Source of the DNA: Eledone cirrhosa
Lineage: Eukaryota
DNA: 64,000 nt
Direction of reading: 5' to 3'
Assembly: GCA_964016885.1 (NCBI GenBank)
Contig: OZ024743.1
Coordinates: 191,332,001 to 191,396,000 of the forward strand
In this document: positions 53,301 through 64,000 of the stretch, piece after piece
Numbering within the stretch: position 1 is the first letter of the stretch
How the letters are laid out: every line of letters begins with the position of its first letter
Position numbers and translations under genes: made by a program
The notes under the pieces: model-generated
What the model was told of the DNA's origin: nothing
Seen by the model: the letters and a program-made list of their open reading frames with translations, nothing else
Database searches by the model: none

Positions 53301-54383
53301 GTTTTGAAACACGAAAGCACCAAAAGATCATATTCCATTACAAAAGATGCACAAAGATACAGTAATGGACTACAAATTTCTGAAGTCCCATTTACTGCTG
53401 AAATGGAAAACACAGAAAAAGCAAAGCAGGTAAAAGTAACTGCAAAGAAAGAACTGCTACAGAAACTGGCTAAGAAATGGCAAGAAAAGCCTCTGTATGG
53501 AAAATACCCAGAGCGAGCTAACAATCCTGATGTTGACAAAACTTTAACCCATCAGTGGTTGGCATCCTCTGGACTGAAATCGGAGACTGAAGGACTGATT
53601 ATATCCGCACAAGATCAGTGTCTGCCAACAAAAAAATTACCAAGCCAACATAATAAAAAATGGGTGCAGCCCATTATGCCGTGTATGCAAAAAACAACCA
53701 GAGACCATTGACCATATAATTTCAATGTGCAGTCCTATAGCTCCAACCGAATACCTAAACAGGCATGACAGAGCTGCACAATACATACATTGGATAATGT
53801 GTAAGCATTTTGACCTGCCCCATCAAAAGAATTGGTGGGAGCATCAACCACCTCCCATACTTGAAAAAGATCACATCTCAATCTTGTGGAACTTTAGCAT
53901 CCAAACAGACCGAAAAATAGATGCAAATAGACCTGATATAATATTGAAGGACTTTCAAAGGAGGGTATGCCTGCTAATTGATATGTCTGTTCCAATAGAC
54001 AAGAATGTATCTATAAAAACATTTGAAAAATTGAGCAAGTATAAGGATCTGGAGATAGAAATTGGAAAAATGTGGAAATTGAGAACTAAAACAATACCAG
54101 TGGTTGTAGGCGCTCTGGGAATGATACCTAAGGGGTCTAACGACTACTTATCGCAAATCCCAGGAAACCCGCGTATAGGAGAAATACAAAAGATAGTACT
54201 AATGGGAACTGCCCATATACTAAGGAAGATCCTGTCAATATAAGTACATCACAAGTCTAAACACTAAGGATGCATGTGTGAATATGTATGTTCTTTCTTG
54301 AACATGGCGGACCTTGTTGTCTCTTGAGGTCACTGGTTGTGACTTGGTGATAACTCGTATAAACATAAAGCAAGATAAATGCA

Positions 54384-54439
<56 letters not shown>
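50370..54439 (+). mobile_element. R4/Dong-clade RLE non-LTR retrotransposon, apparently full length
   Basis: Single long ORF with RT, CCHC finger and RLE; GC-richer 5' UTR; 3' UTR followed by (ATA)n at 54384-54439. The 5' boundary is approximate. Confidence 0.85.
50616..54243 (+). pseudogene. R4/Dong ORF (RT + zinc finger + restriction-like endonuclease) with only two visible lesions
   Basis: NYRPITCL, EQKGC, WIDYKKAFDS, GIFQGDSLSP, YMDD, YKYLG, CRVC..H..C, RHD, RPDI, K..KY. In-frame TGA at 51933-51935 and one extra A in the run near 53630. Confidence 0.9.
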
Positions 54440-55156
54440 GTTGAAGCACCATATTTACAAGGAGGAGGCTAGCCCACTGTGCAGGATCTGTGGAGAGAGA
54501 GAGGAGACTGTGGCTCACATTGTGTCCGAGTGTAAACACCTAGCCCAGACCCACTATAAGGGCTGGAGACACGATGTGATGGGCAGGGTGATCCACTGGC
54601 ACCTGTGCAAAGTAAACAATTTACCACATTCTGAGAAATGGTATGAACATAGGCCGGAGGCGGTGATGGAGAACAATCAGGTGAAGGTGCTGTGGGATTT
54701 TAGGATACAGACGGACAAAAAACTGGAACACAATAGACCTGACCTGGTGGTTGTGGACAAAGAAAAAAGATCGTGTCTGATTGTGGATGTGGCCTGCCCG
54801 TTCGACACGAGAGTGCAAGAGAAGGAGAGGGAGAAAATTAACCGATACCAGGACCTAAAGTGGGAGGTGAAAAGGATTTGGAACTGCCATGAAGTCAAAG
54901 TGATCCCGATTGTCATAGGCGCACTGGGGACTATCTCCAAAAGTTTCCAGGGATGGTTAAAGAAAATCGGCCCCTTTACGCTTTTTGGAACGCTTCAAAA
55001 GGCATGCTTGCTTGGAACAGCAAGAACCCTCCGATACGTCCTGAATATCTGAGGCTGCAGGTAGTGGCTTGATATTCATTCCAACGGACTTTCCAGTTAA
55101 CCAACATCAATGACTGAGATTCAAGGAATAACAACAATAATAATAATAATAATAAT
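54440..55156 (+). mobile_element. 5'-truncated R4/Dong LINE of a second family (zinc finger plus RLE, open frame 54441-55052)
   Basis: CRICGEREETVAHIVSEC, RHD, HNRPDL, DVACP, IGALG, LLGTAR; (AAT)n on both sides. Confidence 0.9.
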
Positions 55157-55159
55157 TAC

Positions 55160-56420
55160 CAAAATAAATTATTTACTATGGTGTCACCAGGAGAGATTTC
55201 TCAGCAGAAAATTTTAAGTACCAGAAACACAACTTAGCAGAGTCAAGCTGACAATATGGATAAGGATATTCTACTCATGAACAAAGATCGGATAGAACTA
55301 TCAAAACAAGTAATTCTCAATGAACATGGAAAAATAATAAACCATTAGTATGGGTGAAAGAGAGTCCTGGCAAAAATTGACAAACAACAACCAGAACAAA
55401 AGATGCATAAAAACTTGGAATCAGGCTGTTAAAGCAATAATTGAAGAGATGGATTCTGATGTATCAGAATTGAATGAAGTTATTTATACAGCAGCAACGA
55501 TAATAGAAAGGAAACGTGTGTTAAGGAAATAGGGTAAAGGATACAACACTCATAAAAAACTATGCTGGAAGATAAAAATTAATAATGAAATTGAAATGAT
55601 GAAGGGAGAAATATCGATCCTGAATGAAATATCGATCCTGTATGATATATCACGAAAAGGAAGAAAACTGATTAAGAAAAACAAAGTAACCTGATAGTCC
55701 ATTAATCAAACAAACCCTGAAAGTGAAAGTGCAACTGAAAGCTTTCAGAATGAGTAGATTTGAAAAGCAAAATGTTTTACAGGCAAAGTAAGCTGTTTAT
55801 GTCTGATGCAAAAAGACTTTATGAGGAAACTGGGACACAAACATTTCAAGTAAAGGAACTTCGTTCATTTCATGAAACAGTATGGAGTAGAGTAAAATCT
55901 TTAGAATAGATAAAAACATTGAAGAAATAAAATAATTTATAAAGGCTGACTGCAGACGAAATGGAGTTGGTACTAAAGAAAGCCAGCAAATGAAAATCAG
56001 CTGGCATTAATAAAGTACCAAACTTCTGGTTATCCTCTCTATCTGCTACCCATGATACATTAGTAAAATGCTATATCGAAAATGTTCACGACCCTTCGTA
56101 AAAGTATGATTGGTTTGTACAAGGCATAACAAATCACTTGGCAAAATCGACAGAAATAAACATTCCAAATATTATCGTCATATCATTTACCTTCCTACAT
56201 CCTACAAAATACTCATCTCAATCTTGACTATGGGAAAATCATATTTTGACTAGGGAAAATCATATTTTCCCTATTGAACAGAAGGGTTGTCGCCGTGGGT
56301 CTTCCGTTTGAAAGACCAACTTCTCATTAATCGTATGATTCTGGAACACTGTCATAACAAGCTCAAAGTTTGAACACTGCCTGCTTGGATTGACTATAAA
56401 AAGCCTTTGATAGAATATGC
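55160..56420 (+). mobile_element. Old, degraded R4/Dong LINE (third family)
   Basis: Remnants ELNEVIYTAA, KSAGINKVPNFW, FPIEQKGCRRGS, KDQLLIN, WIDYK.AFD. Confidence 0.75.
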
Positions 56421-56432
56421 CTAGATTTGTAT

Positions 56433-56463
<31 letters not shown>

Positions 56464-56828
56464 TATTCTATCTGTCTGACTATATTTCTGTCTGACTGTC
56501 AGAATTCCCCAGCCACCCAACAAAATAACTAACCTCACATTACACTTACTCTACACAACAGAACAAGTATAAAATAACACATGAAACAGTAAGATGAACC
56601 TCATAGTTTAACAAAACTAATATAGTGCAATCACAGGATGTTATATCCCCTCACACGCTGACAATGTTGAAGCAGAATGCCCAAGAACATGGATCTGCAC
56701 CAAGTGAGTCAATAGAAACTAGCATGAAACTGTCACGAAATTATTATTATCATTATTATGGTTGTTGTTGTTGTTGTTATTCTTGGAGTCTCAGTCATTG
56801 ATGTTATTTAACAGGAAAGTTTATTCTA

Positions 56829-57750
56829 GTGAACATCAAGCCTCGACCTGCAGCCTCAGTTGAAGGAAGGTGCCCAAAATGCTTCAACTGTGGATCGAAG
56901 TCTCACCTCAGGGCGTTCTGCCCACAGAAAATAACAAAGACCAAGGACCCCTCCTTCCAACGCCGGAGCCACTGCCATCAGAAACAGTCGGCGAAAATGT
57001 CAGGAGCTTCTACTGAGAGTAGGAAGACAACGTCCGTGGCGCCCACACCAAAGCTATGGACAGCAAAAACATCGAAGGCAGCTGCAGCAACAGATTCAGT
57101 TGCACTAGCTGCACCTGTGCCAAGAACGGCAGACCAGGCTCCACCACCACTGCCACAAACAACAAAGACAAATGAGAGGGTAGAACTCATACCCCTCCCT
57201 GACCTCTCACAGCTGGACATGGAGTATGAGGCGGCTGAGAAGTGTAAAACGGTTGTCAACAAAAGAAAAAAAAACAAACGCAAAAACACCACAGCTTCTC
57301 CCTCCGAAAGCGAAGACAAAGAAAGAAGGATAAAGACTGCAAGGAGACTTGCAGCAATACCACCACCATCACCATCACCACCACAAACATCACTACCAAC
57401 AACAACCAGCATCACGAAAACACCAACATTGCAAACGCAACAAAGCACGCACAAACCCAACAGCAACAACTAGAAAACAGCAATAAAACCACCCCTCCCC
57501 CCAAAAAGTACACAGCCAATTCAGGCGTAAATTACCACACCCCACCAACACCAAGAACATTACCAAAAAACATTAACATTGTGGAAATTGAACTCGAAGA
57601 CTACAAACAATTAAAACAAAAATTCGCCAAGTGCGTTGGGGATTTCAGGGGGTCACTCTCCAAGACAAACTATAAAGATATCGTCTTGGAGACACCCATG
57701 ACCAGCCGACGGGACGGTTCTACAGTTCCTTCCCCACACGATCAAGGTAA
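56829..57750 (+). pseudogene. L1/Tx1 ORF1 C-terminal part (CCHC zinc knuckle plus low-complexity tail)
   Basis: CFNCGSKSHLRAFC fits CX2CX4HX4C; premature stop at 57473. Confidence 0.75.
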
Positions 57751-57786
57751 GTGATCCTTTCTCACTTACCCCGTCCCTCATCCAAC

Positions 57787-60700
57787 ATGGCCGTACTTAA
57801 AATAGGCAGTATAAATGTGCGTGGCCTGGTATCATCTTGGAAGCAAGGTCACCTGCTCAACAACCTCATGTCACTAAACATAGAAGCGGTGGCCATCAGC
57901 GAGACCAGAATCTCAGAAGCACGAGCCTTCGCACCGATCTTCGGCGGCTACGATGTATACGTATCTCCCAGCCGTCCAGGAACGGAAGGAGGAGTTCCTG
58001 CGCTTTTTCGGAGAGGCTTGGATCTCACCATATGGGCCATCTTCCTCGACCCAGAAGGTAAGTCGGTGGTGCTGGACGTGACCGGCAGCGAAGGCAATGC
58101 TTTCAGGCTAGAGGCCGTCTACGCCCCAACAAGGGCAGAACGGCCAGATTTCTTCAGACGTCTAGAGACCTTTTTTGGAACGTCCCGCTCTTTAGTGATA
58201 GTGGGCGACTGGAAGGGTATCTTAGATGCACGCTGGGATTATGTGGGGCTAGTAGACAAGGAAGCAGGAGGGTGTAAAAGCCTCAAGAACCTGCTCAGAC
58301 GTTTTGAACTGTCTGACAGATATAGAGTGGATTATCCGAATGTGCTAATGTGGACATGGGCAAACCGCATCGGGTCATCCAGATCGTATTTAGATAGGGT
58401 ATTCTGTAGGGAAACAGATAAGGCTAATGTAGGTTGTCCACAATTTAAAGTAGTCAACTACACGGACCGCAAATTTGTTATCTGTGAAGTTGACTTAGAT
58501 AGACTCCATAGGCAAGGGCCCAGCTACTGGAAGCTGAACGCGTCGTTCCCGGCGCGCAAAGCTTACAGAGACCGGATTAGCGAATTAATTAAGCGTGCGT
58601 TGACTGGTGCGATCGTCAATAAAAGGTGGTGGATTACCCTGAAAAGGGCTATTAGAGTAGAATCGATAAGGTTTAGCAAAGGAGTGGTGATAGAGGAAAA
58701 ATGGAGTAGAGGGAGAGTTAGTTAGAAAGCTAGAAGAGGCGTTTAGGAAAGGAATCGCAACCAACGTGCTTGCGGCGAGATTGGCACTCGACTAATTCTT
58801 CAACGCAAAGTATGACGGCTGCGTTGTAGGGCTAGAGCGCTTGCTCTAAGACAGGAGGGGACGAAAACCGTTCAATAGGCCGGGGTGGTGTGGGCGCGAC
58901 GTGGCAGCAAGTCCACAATTCGGTCTTTACCTGATCAAAACGGGCGCATGTTGCTCGAACTCGAGCAGATGCACTTTGCTCAATTGTTCGGGAGCAGCGG
59001 CGGCGGGCTGGATCGGAATATGGACTTCGAAGCATACCTCGACGGACTGCCGCAGCTCTCGACGTCCGCAGCGCAGTGCTGCGAAAAGCCGATAATAGCA
59101 GGTGAAATACGGGAAGTGATGTCTGACTGAACGAGGGGTAAATCACCAGGTTTGACGGTCTGCCCTACGAGCTTTATGCGTATATGCCAGACTTGTTCGG
59201 CAACCTCTTGGCATATGTCTACTGCAACTGGCAGCATAACGGGATCATTCCCAGTTTTGTGAGTCGGGGAGCGGTGGAGCTGCTGAGAAAAGACCCGAAC
59301 AAGGGGGGCGTTATAGACAACTTCAGGCCCATAACTCTGCTAATCGCAGAGGTTAAGATTTTGGTGCTAGCAAAGAGATTGGCGCTTGTCGTCGGTAATC
59401 TGGTGGGAGAGGCGCTGACATGCGCCATTCCGGACAGATCCATCCACGACCACCTCCATCTGACGCGATACCTCATAGAGAGGGTGGTTAAGGAACCTGG
59501 GACGTGTGGGGCCCTGATCACATTGGATCAATCTAAAGCATTTGATAGGGCCGACCATCGTTACCTGGCTGCGGTCCTCGAGTCGGCCGGCTTCGGGTCC
59601 GTTTTTAGGGGCTGGATCGCTGCGATGCACAGCGACATATGCTCGATTGTGAGGGTGAATGGTCACCTGTCGCAGCCTTTCAGCATCATGAGCTCGGTCC
59701 GCCAGGGTTTCCCCCTCTCGTCCCTCGTGTACGTACTGGCCCTAGAGCAGTTACTCCCCAAATTGGAGACGATGAAGGGGGTCCCATGCGAATTGGGATG
59801 CGGGAGATCCGTATCAGCTTACGCACGCCGACGACGTTACCATGGTGGTGTCGAACACCAAACACCTCCAGATGCTCAGCACCGCTCTCAAGGAATACGA
59901 AGTGGTGACAGAGCAAACATAAACCAAGAAAAGTCTGTGGGCTTGCAACTCGGCACCTGGAGATGCAAGTCCATGCCGTCCGACAGCGTTGTGGGGCGCT
60001 GGACGGAAGGACCGGTTAAATTGCTCGGGGTCAGGTTCGGTCCGGACCTCCAGATAAAGAAAAACTGGAGCGAGGTGACGAGCAAGGTGGCCTTCTACAC
60101 CAGAAATGGGCCGAGAGGAGGCTGTCTCTGAAAGGTTGGGCGGAGGTGGCGAATGCAACATCGCGTCCGTCATCTGCTACCGCCTGATCGTCGTGCCTTT
60201 CCCCCGCCTAAATGGAGCGCCTTCTCTTCCGCCTTTTGTGGGAGGGACGTGCCCTCATGGTCAGACGATCCATTTTCTGTCAACACGCGTTGCGTGGAGG
60301 ACGAGGCATGCCGTGGCTGATGATGCGCAAACATGCGCTGAGGCTGCGACATCTCTGGTGCTTCCTTGACGGTGAACAGGTGTGGTCGCCGTTTGCCAGA
60401 CGCGCTTTTCCCCAGCTCATCTCCTTGACGGAGCTGCAGTACTGGATCAGGAAAAGACTGAGGGATAACGCTTGGAAGCTGGAATGATTCCGAGCGCTCA
60501 CAGCCTTCTACCAGCTGGGCACTAGTATCGGTGGAACATCCACCTCGGCGTTCTATAGAGGGCTAGTGGAGGGAAAGAGCAACGACAGTCTCGGGGATAC
60601 CCGGGGCGTCGAAGACGATCAGCTGTTCGCTCTCTTCAAAAGAACTTTCAGACCGGGGCCTATGTACAACTTTCAGAAATCCCTGCCCTGGCAGTGCTAC

Positions 60701-61177
60701 CGGGAGCGTTGTCGGTTCGGGATAAGCTCTACAGGCACGGAGCTGCTGTCAGCCGAGCCTGTCCGAGAAGCGCAGGGCGACGAAACCGTCCTGCACGCAT
60801 TTTTTCACTGCCCGAGGATTGCTGACTTGTGCAGCTATGTCGAACAGCTGCTGTCGCGTGTAGGACGGATCCGGTTATCGACTGAGTCCATTGTACAGAT
60901 AGCCCCGCCATCCTCCTTTAAAGATGAGGAAGGGCAGGCAGTTTTCATCTGCTTGGTGGCCATGGCGAAAGAGATTGTGTGGTGGACAAGGTTGACAGGG
61001 TTGAAGATGTATACTTTCCTCCCCGGCTAATCCCGGATTAACTTTTTCAAGTTTCACTTGAAGAGGGAAATCAGGGTGGAGAGGCAAGTGCTGTCTTCTA
61101 GTAAGTTTGTTGAAAGGTGGGTAAAAGTGGCGAGTCTGGTCCGAGTGAACGGGCCCGCTCTGTGTATGCGCCTGTAG
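57787..61177 (+). pseudogene. L1/Tx1 ORF2 (APE plus RT), multiple frameshifts and stops
   Basis: SINVRGL, ISET, VYAP, YLDR, WKLN, KSPG.DG, FRPITLL, LDQSKAFDR, VRQG.PLS, YADD broken by a 4-bp duplication near 59822, ETVLHAFFHC. Confidence 0.9.
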
Positions 61178-61458
61178 ACTGAGGGGTGGGGAAACTGAGA
61201 GAGGGCGCTTGCCCTGGTGGTCAAGGTGGCCGTGGACTTTTTGCATGGTTTTCGCCACGAATGACCCTCGGAGGTTTCCCCCTATTGGGGGAATGTTTGT
61301 TGTTTTAATTCTTTTGATTTCTAGCCCAATTTTGTTATAACCTGTTTACACGACCGATACCCACTTTGTATCGTTCTGTACTGTCCTGTGCCGTCTCTAA
61401 TGTTTTTCTTCGTGTCAGCCCTTGTGGCCAATAAAGAAACCATTATTATTATTATTAT

Positions 61459-61913
61459 TGGCGACCTATGTAGGAAATCGTATTATCGTGAGCCCCTCAA
61501 AGGTTTGTTGTTTTCAGCTGTTTCAAATTACTAGTTATGGAAAATTGTTGTTGTTAAGTGTTTATAAGTTCACATATATTGCTTTCTGAAAAGGACACAA
61601 AAAATATTGGGGCCTTGAGCCCAAAACTTAAACTTTTTATTTATCAAACAAAATATTTCTTTGAAAAAAAAACATGGACGACAAATTTACTGTTTTTAAC
61701 AGACCACCACCCGTACCCCACCACCACCAACGCCATTGTAAGCCTTGCCACGGTTGCCAACACTGAAAATATAATTAATAGCAGTCTCAATTATTTAGAT
61801 TTGCTGCATAAAGACATGGATTTCCCGCCATTACCAGTAACTGCAGGTGTTAAAGCCACCACCCCACCACCACAATGTCAAAAATAACAACGAACACCAC
61901 TGATACCACCACC

Positions 61914-61944
<31 letters not shown>

Positions 61945-64000
61945 CAGCGACAACAGAAACCCCAAAAAATAAATTATTATCTAGTGACATCGAAATGGAT
62001 TCACATAGAATCGATTCTTCCACACCGAACACCACTGACACTACCACCATCTCCACCACAACTGAAACTAAAAATAACAATAACAACAACAGCAACAACA
62101 ACAACAATGAGAATAACAACATCAACACCACCGCAAAACAAAATGTGGCGTTTGCCAAAGCAGCCAAGAAAAGCGAAACAATCGCGGTAAGCCAGGATGA
62201 ATTAAATGAAGCCAAGAGAATGGTAAAAAAAATGGTACAGGGTCAGCCTCACCCACCTAATAAAATAGAGCATCAGCGCCTATGCACCGTGTCATATCGG
62301 ACGATAAACACAAAATCACACCGAGTGGAACGGGCATCCGAGTCCTAAATACAAAAAGCTTTGGGACATGTGTCGTTGAAAAATACCCAGAACAGACGTG
62401 GGCAGAAATATGGAACCGTAGACGTGTTCTTTGGAACACCACAGGTTGCCAGAGAGCACTCCATGGCCCCATTAATAACTGACAACTTCACACTCGTCCC
62501 AAGCTATTGTGGTCAGAGACTAGTGAAGATCAGGGTGACCCGCGTTCCACCGGCCATCGAAATTCCCTGGCACATGACTGCCGTCCTCGTCAGCATCGAG
62601 GCCAACACGAAAATATTTGAAGTAACAAAATAAAAGCAGGAGAACTGGTCCGGATCTGGGATGGGGCTCCTGATCCAAGCGGACCAAAACACATTGAGGA
62701 AATTCCAGAGGTGATAGACCTCCCTGACGGCAGCCACCTAACCGTAATCGTTGAGGGTAGAAGCCTAGGTGTGTCGTTTGTGATGAAGGAACCCACCTAA
62801 AGGCTTTCTGCCCTCAGGCTAAAAAGTTGAGGCCACTTTTCTTACCCACACCAGAGACTCAACCATCAGCACCACCAGCAGCAGAAATGGCAACAACAAC
62901 TGCAGCAGCAACAACAGAAGCAACTGTAGCAGCAACAACCCCAGCAACGGTAGCAAAACCAACACCACCACCACTCACGGTGCTACAATTAGCACCAGCG
63001 ACTCCAGCATCCACCACGCCACAACCAAAACCAACGCATGTGGAGGATTTTCCACTCCCCGGCTTATCGCAACTGGAGACAGATTGTGACGAGGAGGAGT
63101 GGGAAACTGTATCAGAAAAAAAGAAAAAAGGAAAAGAACCCAAAAAAGAAAAAATCCCCTTCCTTCCCCCTCCAAAAAGAAAATGCAAGAGCAAACAAAT
63201 AAACAAACAAACAAAAAAGTTAAGACAGCTATGCCACCATCCACACCAGCATCACCAACCCCATCACCACAAACACCAACACCATCACCATCATTAACCC
63301 CAAAACCATCATCACCAACACCACAAAAGTCACCAAAAAGCGAAACAGAAACAATCCCACAACAAACACAAACAAAACAAAACAACCAAAACAATTCACA
63401 CTACACAGCATTAAATTTGAACAAAAACCAATTACTACACTACATCCAACACAACACCAGCATCACAGAAAAAAGACTACACAAGACCCCAAAAATTCAC
63501 ACCACTTCCACACATACAAATCACTCGCATCACACCGAAAACGTACACGACACTAAAACAAAAATTCCCCAAAGACATCGGAGACTTCCAACAAACACTC
63601 TCCAGGAGGATTTTTAAGGACATCCTTCCGGAGGAGGCCACAAGCAGTGAGAAGGATGGAAAAACCATCCTACCCCTACGATAAGTGAGGAAAGTGATTT
63701 TTCCCATCTTTTCCACTCCTTTCAACATGACCTCACTCAAAATAGGCAGCATAAATGCGCGTGGCTTGGGGTCGTCATGGAAGCAGGGCCACCTGCTCAA
63801 CGACCTTAGGTCACTAAACATAGATGTGGTGGCCATCAGCGAGACCAGAATCTCCGAAGCACGGGCCTTTGCACCGATCAACGGCGGCTACGATGTGTAC
63901 GCATCTCCCAGCCGTCCGGGATCGGGGGGGGGGGGGAAGTTGCTGTGCTTTTTCGGAGAGATTTGGAACTCGCCATACGGGCGAGTAAGTTGGTGGTGCT
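61459..64000 (+). mobile_element. Second L1/Tx1-type LINE (5' UTR, disrupted ORF1, start of ORF2), running off the window
   Basis: ORF1 remnants with a knuckle near 62770-62810 and FPLPGLSQL similar to IPLPDLSQL in copy 1; ORF2 ATG at 63727 (LKIGSINARGLGSSWKQGHLLN) matches 57787. Confidence 0.85.

Larger units (their letters stand above)
56800..61458 (+). mobile_element. L1/Tx1-type LINE, 5'-truncated within ORF1, with (ATT)n tail
   Basis: ORF1 zinc knuckle, ORF2 APE-RT-Cys motif, 3' UTR with AATAAA then (ATT)n. Confidence 0.85.

Overview
AT-rich, microsatellite-dense animal DNA; the SINE families and (TA)n/(CA)n density suggest a cephalopod such as Octopus, but that is inference. I can support no host protein-coding gene. 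The window is almost entirely transposable-element relics: a broken hATm-like DNA transposon, an RTE LINE with a 5' inversion, three consecutive R4/Dong-type RLE LINEs at (TAA)n, two tandem L1/Tx1-type LINEs plus a fragment, CRE-like RLE fragments, Penelope-like element (PLE) pieces and more than a dozen copies of one tRNA-derived SINE. The most notable layer is RNA structure, with about ten type I hammerhead ribozyme (HHR) motifs from several unrelated families. They include an ORF-less 428-bp tandem-plus-inverted repeat with retrozyme-like architecture, a spacer-less 2.2-kb PLE palindrome and a 230-bp HHR-bearing hairpin. All alignments and folds were done by eye, so boundaries are approximate.
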